Assembly: GCA_963727825.1 (NCBI GenBank)
Contig: CAVSHO010000007.1
Coordinates: 1-64,000, forward strand
DNA length: 64,000 bases
DNA from: Ignavibacteriota bacterium
Lineage (GTDB): Bacteria > Bacteroidota > Ignavibacteria > UBA10030
Reading direction: 5' to 3'
Within the stretch, counting starts at the first letter, position 1; each line of letters starts with the position of its first letter. A model generated the notes under the pieces. It was given only the letters and a program-made list of their open reading frames with translations. It did no database searches and had not been told where the DNA came from. Positions 1-10,217 of this stretch are shown here, piece by piece. Both the position numbers and the translations under genes were made by a program.

Positions 1-1
1 A

Positions 2-483
2 CTAGTTCTTCGACCGGCTGGATACGTTCCAGAGTCACGGCACTCCATACCGGAAGGTCTTGCGAGCCTTGCGCCGCGTGAAGGTCCAGTTGATCCTTGT
101 GCGCTTCTTGTCGGTCTGGCGATTCCAGACCCGAGTTTCCTCTGGGAGCACTTTCAGATCCGGGACTCTGCAGGTGCCGAGGGGCATTGACGCGCATACA
201 AACCCAGCCCGATCTCAGCCTGGTTGAGCCAACTCCCGTGCTTGGGTGTGTAGTGCACGGTGAGTCGATTCCATAGACGACGCCCCTGTTCCTCGCCGAA
301 GGAGTCGGTCAGACTTTTGAGGCTATGTGTGTTGAGGTTGTCCATGACCAGGTGGATGCTGCGGGCCGTGGCATAGCGCCGCGTGAGGAAGTCGACGAGG
401 CGCGCGAACTGCGCGCCAGAGCGATTGACAGTGGCCCTGGTAAAGTGCCGACCAGCCTTGGGTTTGCTTGAGAGCAAGTGCAC
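2..483 (-). mobile_element. IS630-family transposase, C-terminal remnant (frameshifted), with element end
   Basis: ORF 154..483 has the DDE_3 motifs VMDNLNTH and HYTPKHGSWLNQAE. A shifted frame continues WNRQTDKKRTRINWTFTRRKARKTFRY to a stop at 35-37. The minus strand ends GGTCGAAGAACTAG, an IS630-like CTAG/TA terminus. Confidence 0.85.
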
Positions 484-799
484 GCAAAACGACGCGCACC
501 TGCCAGCACACCCTTTCGGGCACTAGCCCTAGAGCTAAGAATGGGCTCCTTACCGCTCTTTCCCGCTCTTTCTCTATGCGGAGATAATGCAAAATTGCAG
601 GCATTTTGTCAATACGCCTATTCCTGCGGATTGCTGAGGATTGCATTGGTAGACGTACCAATAAACATACCACGGGATTAGCACAAGCGTGGCTAAGACA
701 GTGCATGGATTGCCGCTCTCTCGCGTAGGGCGGGCCAAGGCTGCGCGAGGTGAAGCGCTGCCGGGCCCCCCTTATGTCGTCAAAAAGCAAAAATGCCCC

Positions 800-822
800 G
801 TAGGCGCGCGTGGCGAGCCTAC
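800..822. repeat. GTAG-type REP-like palindrome
   Basis: GTAGGCGCGC-GTG-GCGAGCCTAC: 10-bp arms with 1 mismatch, intergenic. Confidence 0.4.
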
Positions 823-1032
823 AGCACCCTTTCAGGGTCCCGGTACCCCCCCCCGCGGGGGGGCAATTAGTGCCACAAACGCAGTGATCCGGTGCAACGC
901 GATCTGGGGTATTGACGGCCGCTACAGAGGGTTTACGCTAAAGGAAAGTTGTCGGCTGCTCCTCGTTGGACTGCCTTGCATCTTGTCGGACACGTCAAGA
1001 GCCAGCAGGAGAACGGCCAAGGGAGGAAGCAC

Positions 1033-1727
1033 ATGAAAGCCCGTTTGCTATCTGCTCTTATGGTCCTCTTGGCACTGATTCTGCTTGGAAGGAGGCGATG
1101 GAGTTGCGACGATCCCGGGCGACGGGGGGCCGGCCGCCTCGGCGCCAGCGTTTCAGACCGGCGGCTTTGTTTTCGACACTTTGGGCAACCTCTACGTCGC
1201 GGTGAGCAACCCCAGTTGCATTCGCAAAATAGACACCGCGGGAATCATCACAACGATAAGCAGGAACAGGCACTGACGGGTATTCAGGCGATGGCGGGCC
1301 TGCCATCTTGGCTCAACTCTACACGCCGTATTGGGTCACAAGGGATGCGAAGGGCAATCTCTATGTCGCCGAGTTCAATAACCACTGCATCCGAAAAATC
1401 GACACTCTAGGCATTATCAGCACGGTTGCGGGGATCAGGGAGGACTGCGGGTTTCTCAGGCGATGGCGGACCCGCGACCTCCGCGAAACTCTTTCATCCT
1501 GGCGGCGTGGCTGTTGACTCCCTAGGCAACATCTACGTCGCGGACATGTACAACAGCGGGACCGGAAGGTGGACACCGCAGGAATCATCACCACAATCGC
1601 CGGCACCGACCGCGCGCGCTACTCAGGGGATGGAGGTCCCGCCAGCTCGGCGCAGCTGCTTAGGCCTGGTAGTGTGACAGTCGATGACGCGGGCAACCTC
1701 TACGTGGCCGATTCAGGGCGGCCTTGA
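1033..1727 (+). pseudogene. Secreted NHL-repeat beta-propeller protein, frameshifted and 3'-truncated
   Basis: Signal peptide MKARLLSALMVLLALILLG after RBS GGAGG. Repeats ([52 protein letters not shown]) are spread over ORFs 1085, 1308 and 1426. Confidence 0.8.
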
Positions 1728-1838
1728 AACCGACAGGAACGTAAGACACCATTGTCTCGTACATAGATGAACCAGCCTGAGCCGTGCGCGAGCCTTGCAG
1801 CATCGAATGCTGTCTCAGGATGAAAAGAGAGGGAAGAA

Positions 1839-3271
1839 ATGGCCAGAACTACGTTAGGCTTGATTGTTGGAAACCGCGACGTGTTCCCCGCCGAGCTGGC
1901 GCGGGAGGGGAGGGAGAAGATCCTCCCGATCCTCAGAGGAGGGATCGACGTAGTCGCCCTCACGCCGAAGGACACGCCGGACGGCGTGGTCCTGACCTGG
2001 AAAGACGCGGAGGCATGCGCGGCATTTTCCGCCGAGCGCGCGAAAATCGACGGAATCCTGGTGACCTTGCCCAATTTCGGCGACGAGCGGGCCGTGGCCG
2101 ACTCGATCAAGCTCTCCGGCCTCTCCGTGCCGGTCTATATCCACGCGTACCCCGACAAGGTCGAGCGAATTCGCCATGCAAGCAGCGGCGCGATAGCTTC
2201 TGCGGCAAGCTCTCGGTCTGCAACAATCTTACCCAGTACGGCATTCCGTACTCGATCGGCCGGGACCATGTGCTCTCGCCCGATTCGCCGCAATTCAAGG
2301 AAGAGCTCGACTGGTTCGCCGGGGTCTGCCGCGTGGTGCGCGGGTTGCACGGCGCGCGGATCGGCAGCCTGGGCGAACGGACCATGCCGTTCAAGACGGT
2401 CCGCTACAGCGAAAAACTCTTGGAGCAAAGCGGCATCAGCGTCGAAGTCGAAGAGCATGGTGGAGACCGTCAGCGAGATCAACGCCCTATCGGATTCCGA
2501 CGAACGGGTCGCAGGCCAAGCTGAAGAAGCTCGGCGGCTATCTGCCGGCCGGCCCGGACGTGCCCGCGGCGTCGATGGTGACCACGGCGAAGCTCGGCGT
2601 GGTGCTCGACCAGTGGGTCGAAGAGTATCAGCATCAACGCCTATGCCATCCAGTGCTGGTCGGCCATGCAGAACGCGCTGAAGATCTTCCCCTGCTCGAT
2701 CATGAGCATGATGAGCAACGAACTGCTCCCCTCGGCCTGCGAAGTGGACGTGATGGGCGCCGTGGCGATGTACGCCCTGCAGCTTGCCGGCGGCGGCGCC
2801 GTCGTCGCTGTTCGATTGGAACAACAACTACGGCGAAGACACCGACAAGCTCGTGGTGTTCCATTGCAGCAACACGGCCATCTCGTTCATGAAGTCGGTC
2901 AAGACCGGCCCGAACGCGATGGCGGTCAAGGGGAATCCCGCAGGAGTAACTGCTTCTGCACGCTGCACGGGATGCTGAAGCCGGGCCCGATCGGGTTCGC
3001 CCGCTTCTCGACCGACGACGTGAAGGGGCGAATCGTCGGCTGCATCGGCGACGGCGAGGTGACCGACGATCCGCTGGACACCTTCGGCACCACGGGCGTG
3101 GTGAAGATCCCCAATCTGTCGAAACTCATGTACTTCCTCACCGCCAACGGCTTCGAACACCACGTCGCCATGAACTACACGCCGCGCACCGCGGTGCTGT
3201 ACGAGGCGTTGACCAAGTACATGGGCTGGAAGATCTACCACCACAACGGAGAAGACAGGACGCCTGTTTGA
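1839..3271 (+). CDS. L-fucose/L-arabinose isomerase-family protein (several frameshifts)
   Basis: Motifs LIVGNRDVFP, LPNFGDE, RRDSFCGKLSVCNNL, FKTVRYSEKLL, PSACEVDV, FHCSN and NGFEHHVAM across ORFs 1839, 1784, 2560, 2666 and 2784. Confidence 0.8.
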
Positions 3272-3384
3272 GAATTGGTAGGAGACTAAGCGAACACATC
3301 CTAGCAGCATTGAGATTACTCGTATCGGGCATGCGCAACGGTTACCAGCTGCAAAGACTTTAATCGTGCCAAAGAGGAGGTGCC

Positions 3385-4389
3385 ATGAGGGTTCGGATCG
3401 GCATCATCGGAACTGGGTGGGTTGCAGGACAGCACATCTCGGCGCTTAAAAGGATACCGGAGGTCGACCTTGTCGCGATCGCCGGACGGAATGTCACGCG
3501 CGCACGAGAACTGGCGCAGAATAGGAAACCAAAGTCTATTCGGATTATCATGATATGCTCACCAAAGAGAATCTGGATGCGGCATATGTCCTATTGCCGC
3601 CTGACGCACACGGAGAAGTCGAGCGGGCTTGCTCAGACTGTGTGCCGGCGGTCTTGATCGAGAAACCGATTTGCAGCAGCGTCGAACTCGCGCGGCAGAT
3701 CCATACAACTTTCGAAAAGCGGAAGACTATCGTGTCGGTCGGCTACATGAGTCGGTACCGAAGAGAGCTCGCTGCATGCAAAGCGCCTCTTCTCGACGTC
3801 TGAGAACAAACCTGTTCTGATCCAAGCCTGGTGGGTCAACGACATGCCAACCGTTTCCTGGTGGCGCGATGCCTCTCGATCCGGCGGACAGTTTGTCGAG
3901 CAATGCACGCACCTTGTCGATCTATCGCGATTTATCGTTGGGGAAATCACTGCAGTGCACGCCTTCGCGGCACGTGGATTCGTGAAGGATATTCCGGATT
4001 ATACGATAGACGACGCCATCACGGTCAATGTCCGTTTTGAGTCAGGTGCTATAGGCAACTTTGTGACTGGGTCCTTCCTTCGAAATGGAATTGGGGCGCA
4101 ACATGCCATAGGCATGACAATAGCGTCAAAAACCCTTAAGTGCGAGTTTTCTGATTGGTCGATGCAGCTCAATGCGGTCCACAGCAAGGGTCATACCGAA
4201 TCCATCACTCCGGAGGAGGACATTTTTGAGGTTCAAAGCCGGGCTTTTGTCGGGGCAATCGCCCGAAATGATACTAGGCTGATTCTCTCCTCATATATGG
4301 ACGGAATTAGGAGTCTTGCTGTCGGGTGCGCTGCGAACGAGTCGGTGCTGTCCGGAAAGACAGTGGTCCCATATTCTGGACAAGACTGA
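3385..4389 (+). CDS. Gfo/Idh/MocA family oxidoreductase (frameshifted)
   Basis: RIGIIGTGWVA, LIEKP and SGGQFVEQCTHLVDL in ORFs 3385, 3555 and 3844; RBS GAGGAGG. Confidence 0.85.
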
Positions 4390-4580
4390 ATCGTCGACTT
4401 GTAGGGAATCCTGTCCTTGGGGTCGGGCGGGCAGGGAAGCCATCGGACGCACGCCGGAATGGATAGGGGCTCGGCGAGAGGTCTGGGACGGTCGGCAGCG
4501 CCCTGCGACGTCCGGCTCCCGGGCACTCTGGACCTGGTCCACAGAGATCTACGCCGAGCAAGGGCAAAGGGGAGGGGCTA

Positions 4581-4862
4581 GTGGACGGGATGCAGCCCTT
4601 CGAATGCGACGCGGGTATCGACATTCGGGCGATGCGTCGAGAGCACCCGGATTTCAATCTCGGCGGAGGCATCGACGAGGGCGTAATCGCCCTACGAAGT
4701 CAGGCCATCGACAGGGAGCTGGCGGCGAGGCTTCCCTTCATATTGGAGCATGGCCGCTACCTTCAGGGCATGGACCATCGTGTGCCTCCCGAGGATTCCT
4801 GGATCGGTTTTCTCTACTACCTGCAGAAGACGAGGTCAATCTACCGGGAGTGTGCTACGTGA
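4581..4862 (+). pseudogene. Uroporphyrinogen decarboxylase (URO-D/MT2)-like protein, C-terminal fragment
   Basis: PFECDAGIDIRAMR..GGGID..GRYLQGMDHRVPP matches the URO-D-family C-terminus; no recognisable N-terminus upstream. Confidence 0.7.
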
Positions 4863-6012
4863 ACAGAGCAGCAATGTCGATACCTGCGCCCCAGCTCATC
4901 GGCGAGATGGAGCGCCGCCGCGAACGCAAGGCGAAAGAGGTTGCCGAGCGGGACAGTCGTTTCGGGCGGCAGCGGGTGCCCATCACCAGCTATATGGAGA
5001 ACATCGGGTGGCCCGAGCTCTTCGGCTACGACATGCACCGCGTGCACGACGATCCCGACTTCGCCGCCGAGCAGCGACTGAGGGAGCTGATCTTCTGGGC
5101 AGACAACGTCGATGACGACACGGTCCCCTCCGCGTCCATTCAGGCTGACGTCGGAATGTACTGGGACATCACGCTGTTCGGCATGAAGATCCACCATACC
5201 GCAGTCGGCGTTCCCGAGTTCGAGCCACATCCGTTCCGCCAGCGCCTCGATACGGCGCTGCTCGGCAGGTTCGATTTTCGCACCACCGGCGACATGCCCC
5301 GGATCCTCTCGAAGTACGAGAGGCTGTGCGAGGTCGCGGAGACTCTTTATAATGGGAGGCTCAGTGTCAGCTTCCCCCGCTTTAGCAGAGGACCGCTCGA
5401 CATCTACGTCCAGCTGCGTGAATACGAGAACTTCGTAGAGGACGCGGGAAACAGACCTGGCGAGCTTCACGCAGCCTTGAACCATTTGGTGGACGAGCGA
5501 CTGCGCTTCGCGCGCGAGCGTATGCGTTTCCTTGGCGAAGCAGCGCTGCCTGCAACAACGTACGTCGCGGACGACTGGGTGAATATTCCTTTCATCTCCC
5601 CGTCGATGTTCAGAGACTTCGTGTCGCCCCTCTACCGTCGCATCCGGGCCGGAAGAGGGCCCGCCAAACGGCTTTCACACATGCGGGAACATGGAGCCTG
5701 TGGCAACGGGAGCTGCTCACCGCCTTTCCCGAGATCGAGATGCTGGAGGTCAGCCCGTGGAACAGCGTTGCCGCGCTGGACACTGTTCTGCCCCGAAAGG
5801 TCGGGTTCGTGGCCAGTATCGTGAACACCGTCACCCTTGGCGGCTCGGAAGAGGAGCAGACAGGGAGACTTCTCCCCATCCGGGCCGCGGCGAAAAACAG
5901 GAAGATATGCCTCGTGGCGCAGGCCATCGAGCGGATCCCGGCAACCTACGAAGCAACTTTCGTGCGTCTCAACGAGTTCCTTTCCCTGGGGAGGCGAGTG
6001 CTATACGGCTGA
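4859..6012 (+). CDS. URO-D/MtaA-like TIM-barrel protein (frameshifted)
   Basis: RGPLDIYVQLREYENF, ADDW..FISPSMFRDFVSPLY, then in a shifted frame GFHTCGN (His-x-Cys) near 5670; continues in ORF 5740..6012. Confidence 0.65.
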
Positions 6013-6480
6013 TTCTCGGTGGAGTTCCGCCGAACAGGTCTGCCCGCGACTCTGCTGCATCGTGCTCTTGGAGTTCCTGCGCTGTGCGCCCTCGATGAGG
6101 CGGTCCGATAGACACTCGGGGACGCCCGGGTATTCACACTTTCCGCGGCGCGCAGCTCCCATGGACGCTCTTTTCCCTGGATGAACATCGGTCATACCAC
6201 CAAACGCCGCCTACCTCACCTTCTGCGCAATCGCGATCGGCGGCACGGACCTGAGCCGCATCATTGGCGAGACCGTGGCCATGGAGATGGACAATGACTG
6301 CATGGGCCTCACAGCGGGACGTATCGTTAGGCTCGTGATCGGCAAGGCAATGTCTTCGAGGGCACGCCGCAGCGGATAAGGGCGCGCGGCGAAAGGTGCG
6401 GGACGGTTGGGGGCTCCCAGTGAATCGCCGCAGGCAGGCCTGATCAGGCGGCAGTTGTTTTGTGCCCATGCGCGATTTTG

Positions 6481-6569
6481 CCGCTACCCGCTACCCCAAG
6501 CGAAAGCCCTGGAAAAAACGCTCAGATCCGGGACCTGGAGGGTAGCGGTAGCGGATAGGAACCGCTACC
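6481..6569. repeat. Five copies of CCGCTACC in mixed orientation
   Basis: CCGCTACC at 6481, 6488 and 6562; GGTAGCGG at 6541 and 6547. Confidence 0.7.
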
Positions 6570-7048
6570 AGGTCGCGAAGCTATCTCTCGAAGGAGAAAA
6601 AGCTTCCTGGCCTACTGGCGCCCGTAGGTTTCAAATCGCTGTACAGCGTTGTGATGATTTCGTGGGCTACAAAGATTCTCTGCACACATGCCGATCATCA
6701 AACTATCGTGTCATTAATCCCTTGGCCGTTTTCGCAGATACACCGGGCTGGTGCCGTCCGCGGTATTGCAAAATCTTTGGAAGCTTGGCGTCGACGTCAA
6801 CTCAGGAAGAAGAGCAGAGGAGGAAACGCAGGCGAGAGGGTGGGTGAGCAACAACCAGAGGCAAAGGATGTGGTGCTGCAGGCATCCTTTGCACTCGCCC
6901 AATTGGCCGGTTCAAGAGCAGACCTTCTCGACCGTCCAAACCAAGGGAGGGCACTGATAGATGAGCAACGAAGACCGCTTTCCGGATGCGTTCATGGAGG
7001 TCCGTTTTCGGTCCCTCCGGCAAGTCAATACAACGTAAAGACTTGCGA

Positions 7049-7106
7049 TGCTGCGGACTGGACTTGAACCAGCACACCCTTTCAGGCACCAGCCCCTCAA
7101 ACTGGC
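7049..7106 (-). mobile_element. 3' fragment of tRNA-Leu(GAG); probable att site of an integrative element
   Basis: Minus strand GCCAGTTTGAGGGGCTGGTGCCTGAAAGGGTGTGCTGGTTCAAGTCCAGTCCGCAGCA gives an anticodon arm (GAG), a long variable arm, a T-arm, the 3' acceptor strand and discriminator A. The D-arm and 5' acceptor strand are absent. Confidence 0.85.
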
Positions 7107-7122
7107 AGAGGCCGGTTTTCGC

Positions 7123-7260
7123 ACTTGCAAGGGCTTGCAGCAGAACGCATCTATTTGCAGCAAGTATCCTAGCGCAAGGAAATCTGTCAAGCGGACTTGC
7201 AAGGGCTTGTAATGATTTGCCGGGACTGCGAAAAGAATAATGTCACAGATAATGTCACAG
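7123..7260. repeat. Direct repeats next to the tRNA fragment (integrase arm-type-like)
   Basis: ACTTGCAAGGGCTTG at 7123 and 7195; tandem ATAATGTCACAG at 7237 and 7249. Confidence 0.7.
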
Positions 7261-8050
7261 TTCAGCAAGCCAGGCAGATGGGGACGTGCGCGGTTGCCCA
7301 GCTTTGCAGCGCGTGGACGCAAATCTGGTCTTATTCGCGCGCGGCGCGGCACCGTCGCGTAGGTCGCTCAACCGGGTTAGTCGTCCTAAACATCGATCCG
7401 GTCGCCGGAGGGAGAACATAGGAAGCAAACGAACTCCTCCTTGCTCTCTCCCGCGCACTCCACCGCTTCGGTTTGCGTCGCCAGCCAGCCGGGAGCCCAG
7501 GGAATGCTCGTAGGCTGACAGAGCTTTTGGACCTACCCTCCGAGATACTGCTTGGCTCTGTGTTCATGAATGCAAGGTAGGTCCAGTCCACAGAATCGGG
7601 GGAACTCCAAGTGCAGCCCGAGCGTTGGGGGATCTACTTTTGGGCTGCAAGGAATGCCATGACATTGGCCACCGTGAGAAGCCCAGAGAGACCGCGATGT
7701 CACCGAAATGCCGCTTGTCGCCCGATGTCTTTGCGCGCACGACATCGTCCACCCGGAACTGATTCATCGCGCCCGTTCTGATCATGGAGTCGCCGATTCG
7801 CTCTGATATGGAATTCCTTACTTGAGCGTACGCTTGCACCTCGACGTAGCTCCAGCCGCTGGTGCCGGTTTCCGTGCGCCACGGTTCGTCCGGCGGTGTC
7901 ATGGATTCATTCCACCTAACGTTCAGCGAAATGCGGTGGCTCTTCACTCCGGCGACACGGACGGCCGCAGTGCTGCCCAGGCCACCTGCGCCATGGTTGA
8001 TGGAGATTGCCGCATGCCACCTTCGGTCCTACTCCCGGATTACTGTTTTC

Positions 8051-8305
8051 CTACAACTCGTGGATCGGCGAAGTGATCCAGCGCGTCCCGGGCAGTGCTC
8101 CTGAAACTCCACGCCTCACCGCCCTCCGACCCTCCCTGGAACCAGTTGCTTCGTGCCAGGGCGAAAGGTAGACCCATTCTACCGGGCACCAAAAGGTGCT
8201 CGTGCCGCGCCGTATGGTACTCACCACTGGAATGGGGGTGGAGTCGATGTCGATCATCTTCGCCGCCCGCCTCACGGCGGCCTCCCGCTCGGAGGCCTTG
8301 ATCAC
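8051..8305 (-). pseudogene. D-lyxose/D-mannose isomerase (cupin) remnant with internal deletion
   Basis: N-terminus MIKASEREAAVRRAAKMI, then in another frame the C-terminal WFQGGSEGGEAWSFRSTARDALDHFADP; the central part is missing. Confidence 0.55.
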
Positions 8306-9291
8306 GTTGTGCCTCCCGGTCCCGTCAGACGGAGGATGTGCTCTTCGATGAACTGCCAGGTCTCCAGGTAGTCACGCCGCGCTACCAGGCGTCGGACCGT
8401 CGCGATCGATCTCCTGCAGCCGCTGCCACACCCGGGTGGTGAGGCGGGCGTTGGCCGCAAAATCCCCTCGATGGCAAGCCGCGTCGGCGAGGTGTCGGAG
8501 GTCAGGTAGTCATCGTAGCCGTGCTCCATCAGGTAGAAGAGAAACTCCACGTAGTCGATGAAGTGCCGCGACCCGGCGATCAAGTCCCAGTCCCATCGCC
8601 CGTCGTTGTCGTTGATGTGGACATATGCGCGCTGGCCGCGGGAAACGACCATTGAGAAGGCCTCCGCGGGATTCTCCTGCGCGTACAGGGAATGGCCGAA
8701 GTCGATGGTTACGCCCATGTGCGAGGACTGGATGTCCTGGATGAGGCAGAGTGCCTTTGCGGCCGTGTCCACGAAGCAACGCGCGCGGGTCTCGCTGGGC
8801 TTGTACTCCACGAAAAGCGGTACCTCCGGGAGGTACTCTGCCGCTTCGCCAAAACCTTCAACGAGGAAGCGCCACATGCGCGCGTAGTCGCAGTGAAAGT
8901 TGAACTCGTAACCATCACCCAGCGGGCAGCAGGTTACCTTGTCCGCCCGCACCGCCTTCGCGAACTCCTTTGCCCGCTTGATGAGGCCCACGGCCTTTGC
9001 GCGAACCGCTGCGTCCACGGACGTTAGGCCTCCGTCACGAAAGTCAGGTTCCGCCTTCACGTTTGCATTGATCGCAGCAACGCCCAGCTTGTACTTCGAG
9101 AGCAGCGCCCGAAGGGCCCCCGGGTCATCTGCCTCGTAGTGGTGCACGATCTCCACCCCGGTTATACCCTCGATGCGGGAGGCCGTTTCGAGCCTCTCCT
9201 CCAAGGTTCTAACCGCGTGGTACTCGTGGAAGCGGTCGTGCGTCCGGCTGAGAAAGCTCGTGATGAGAGCGTTTTTCACTGTGCCTGCCAT
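8302..9291 (-). CDS. Sugar phosphate isomerase/epimerase (xylose isomerase-like TIM barrel)
   Basis: VEYKPSE, GVTIDFGHS, YVHINDNDGRWDWDL; probable frameshift near the C-terminus. Confidence 0.85.
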   Translation of the reverse strand: MAGTVKNALITSFLSRTHDRFHEYHAVRTLEERLETASRIEGITGVEIVHHYEADDPGALRALLSKYKLGVAAINANVKAEPDFRDGGLTSVDAAVRAKAVGLIKRAKEFAKAVRADKVTCCPLGDGYEFNFHCDYARMWRFLVEGFGEAAEYLPEVPLFVEYKPSETRARCFVDTAAKALCLIQDIQSSHMGVTIDFGHSLYAQENPAEAFSMVVSRGQRAYVHINDNDGRWDWDLIAGSRHFIDYVEFLFYLMEHGYDDYLTSDTSPTRLAIEGILRPTPASPPGCGSGCRRSIATVRRLVARRDYLETWQFIEEHILRLTGPGGTT

Positions 9292-9660
9292 GACATGCCT
9301 CCGTGCTATTGATCTCGTTGCTTCGCTTGATGACGCTTCCGTCGCGCAGGAAAAACGCGCCGTCCGCCGGCCGCGCCCCGGTCCCCGCGATTCACCGCGC
9401 CCTCCCGTACAAAGCTATTCTTCTTGCCATAGCTTGCACCTGCTTGCAGCAATTTGCTCATTTTGCCTCACATCTTTTATCTCATACCCTGCGGGAATTA
9501 CAAGACGTTGTCGTCAGAGTGGGTAAGGTATCGCTCGTCTTGATCTGACTTTGCAGTATTCGTGAATGAGCGGCTTTTCTATTTGTATCCTTTGTCCTAC
9601 AGTGTTGAGCGTGCCTGCCCTCTGTCGCATGGATCATGGCACTTTCCTTGAGGAGACGGT

Positions 9661-10202
9661 ATGAAGATTGACGACTTTGAATCATACAAATCAACTGACG
9701 AGCTTTCCGAAGCGTGGAAGCACCCTCCCCACGGCGGGTGGATACGGCAGACGCTGGATCTGACGGAGAAGCACAGCGGAACCCAGTGCATGAAGGTCGA
9801 ATACAGGACGCTCAAGGAGCCGAAACTGTTCTACTGCCCGATCTGCACCATGGGGACATGGGACCTGTCAGGCTGCAACGCATTTCAGTTCTGGTTGAAG
9901 CCGGACGGCTTCGCAGGGAACTGGGCGCGGAGCTCAACTGCGCCGACGCATCGGGGAAGAACATACATGATCTGTGGGGCTGGACGTACAAGCCTCCCCG
10001 GGGCGATGACACCTGGCGCGCCGTCACCATTCCGTTCGCTGCCTTCATCCACAACCTCGAGTACGTGGAGACTGCTGACTGGAGCCTGGTCTTCAAACCG
10101 CAATCCGTCATCGAGGTCGCCTTCTACATCGGTGGGGGCAACGAGACTATCTTCGGTGATGGCGTGTACCGCTTCGACGATCTCCAGGGCGTTCGGGCCT
10201 GA
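9661..10202 (+). CDS. Stand-alone CBM11/CIA30-like carbohydrate-binding domain protein (frameshifted)
   Basis: KIDDFESY, WDLSGCNAFQFWLKPDG, WRAVTIPFAAF, GVYRFDDL in ORFs 9661 and 9714. Confidence 0.6.
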
Positions 10203-10217
10203 CGCGAGAACCTTCGA

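Noticed and set aside
4316-4858. N-terminal ~180 aa of the 502-aa ORF, and the many long overlapping ORFs in the high-GC half
   Set aside because: These are Arg/Gly/Pro-rich off-frame or antisense translations typical of high-GC DNA; the real start is ~4859.
6160-6370. Dihydrolipoamide dehydrogenase C-terminal remnant (FPW..., IIGETVAMEM..GLT, VFEGT)
   Set aside because: The similarity is weak and spread over several frames, so it cannot be supported without a search.
7049-7106. Functional tRNA-Leu or split tRNA
   Set aside because: The D-arm and 5' acceptor strand are absent and no matching 5' half was seen in the window; an att-site duplication fits better.
7331-8050. Short minus-strand ORFs next to the att site as an integrase remnant
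   Set aside because: No R..HxxR..Y tyrosine-recombinase or serine-recombinase motifs were recognisable.
9410-9445. Sigma54 promoter for the isomerase gene
   Set aside because: The GG-to-GC spacing is one base too long for -24/-12.
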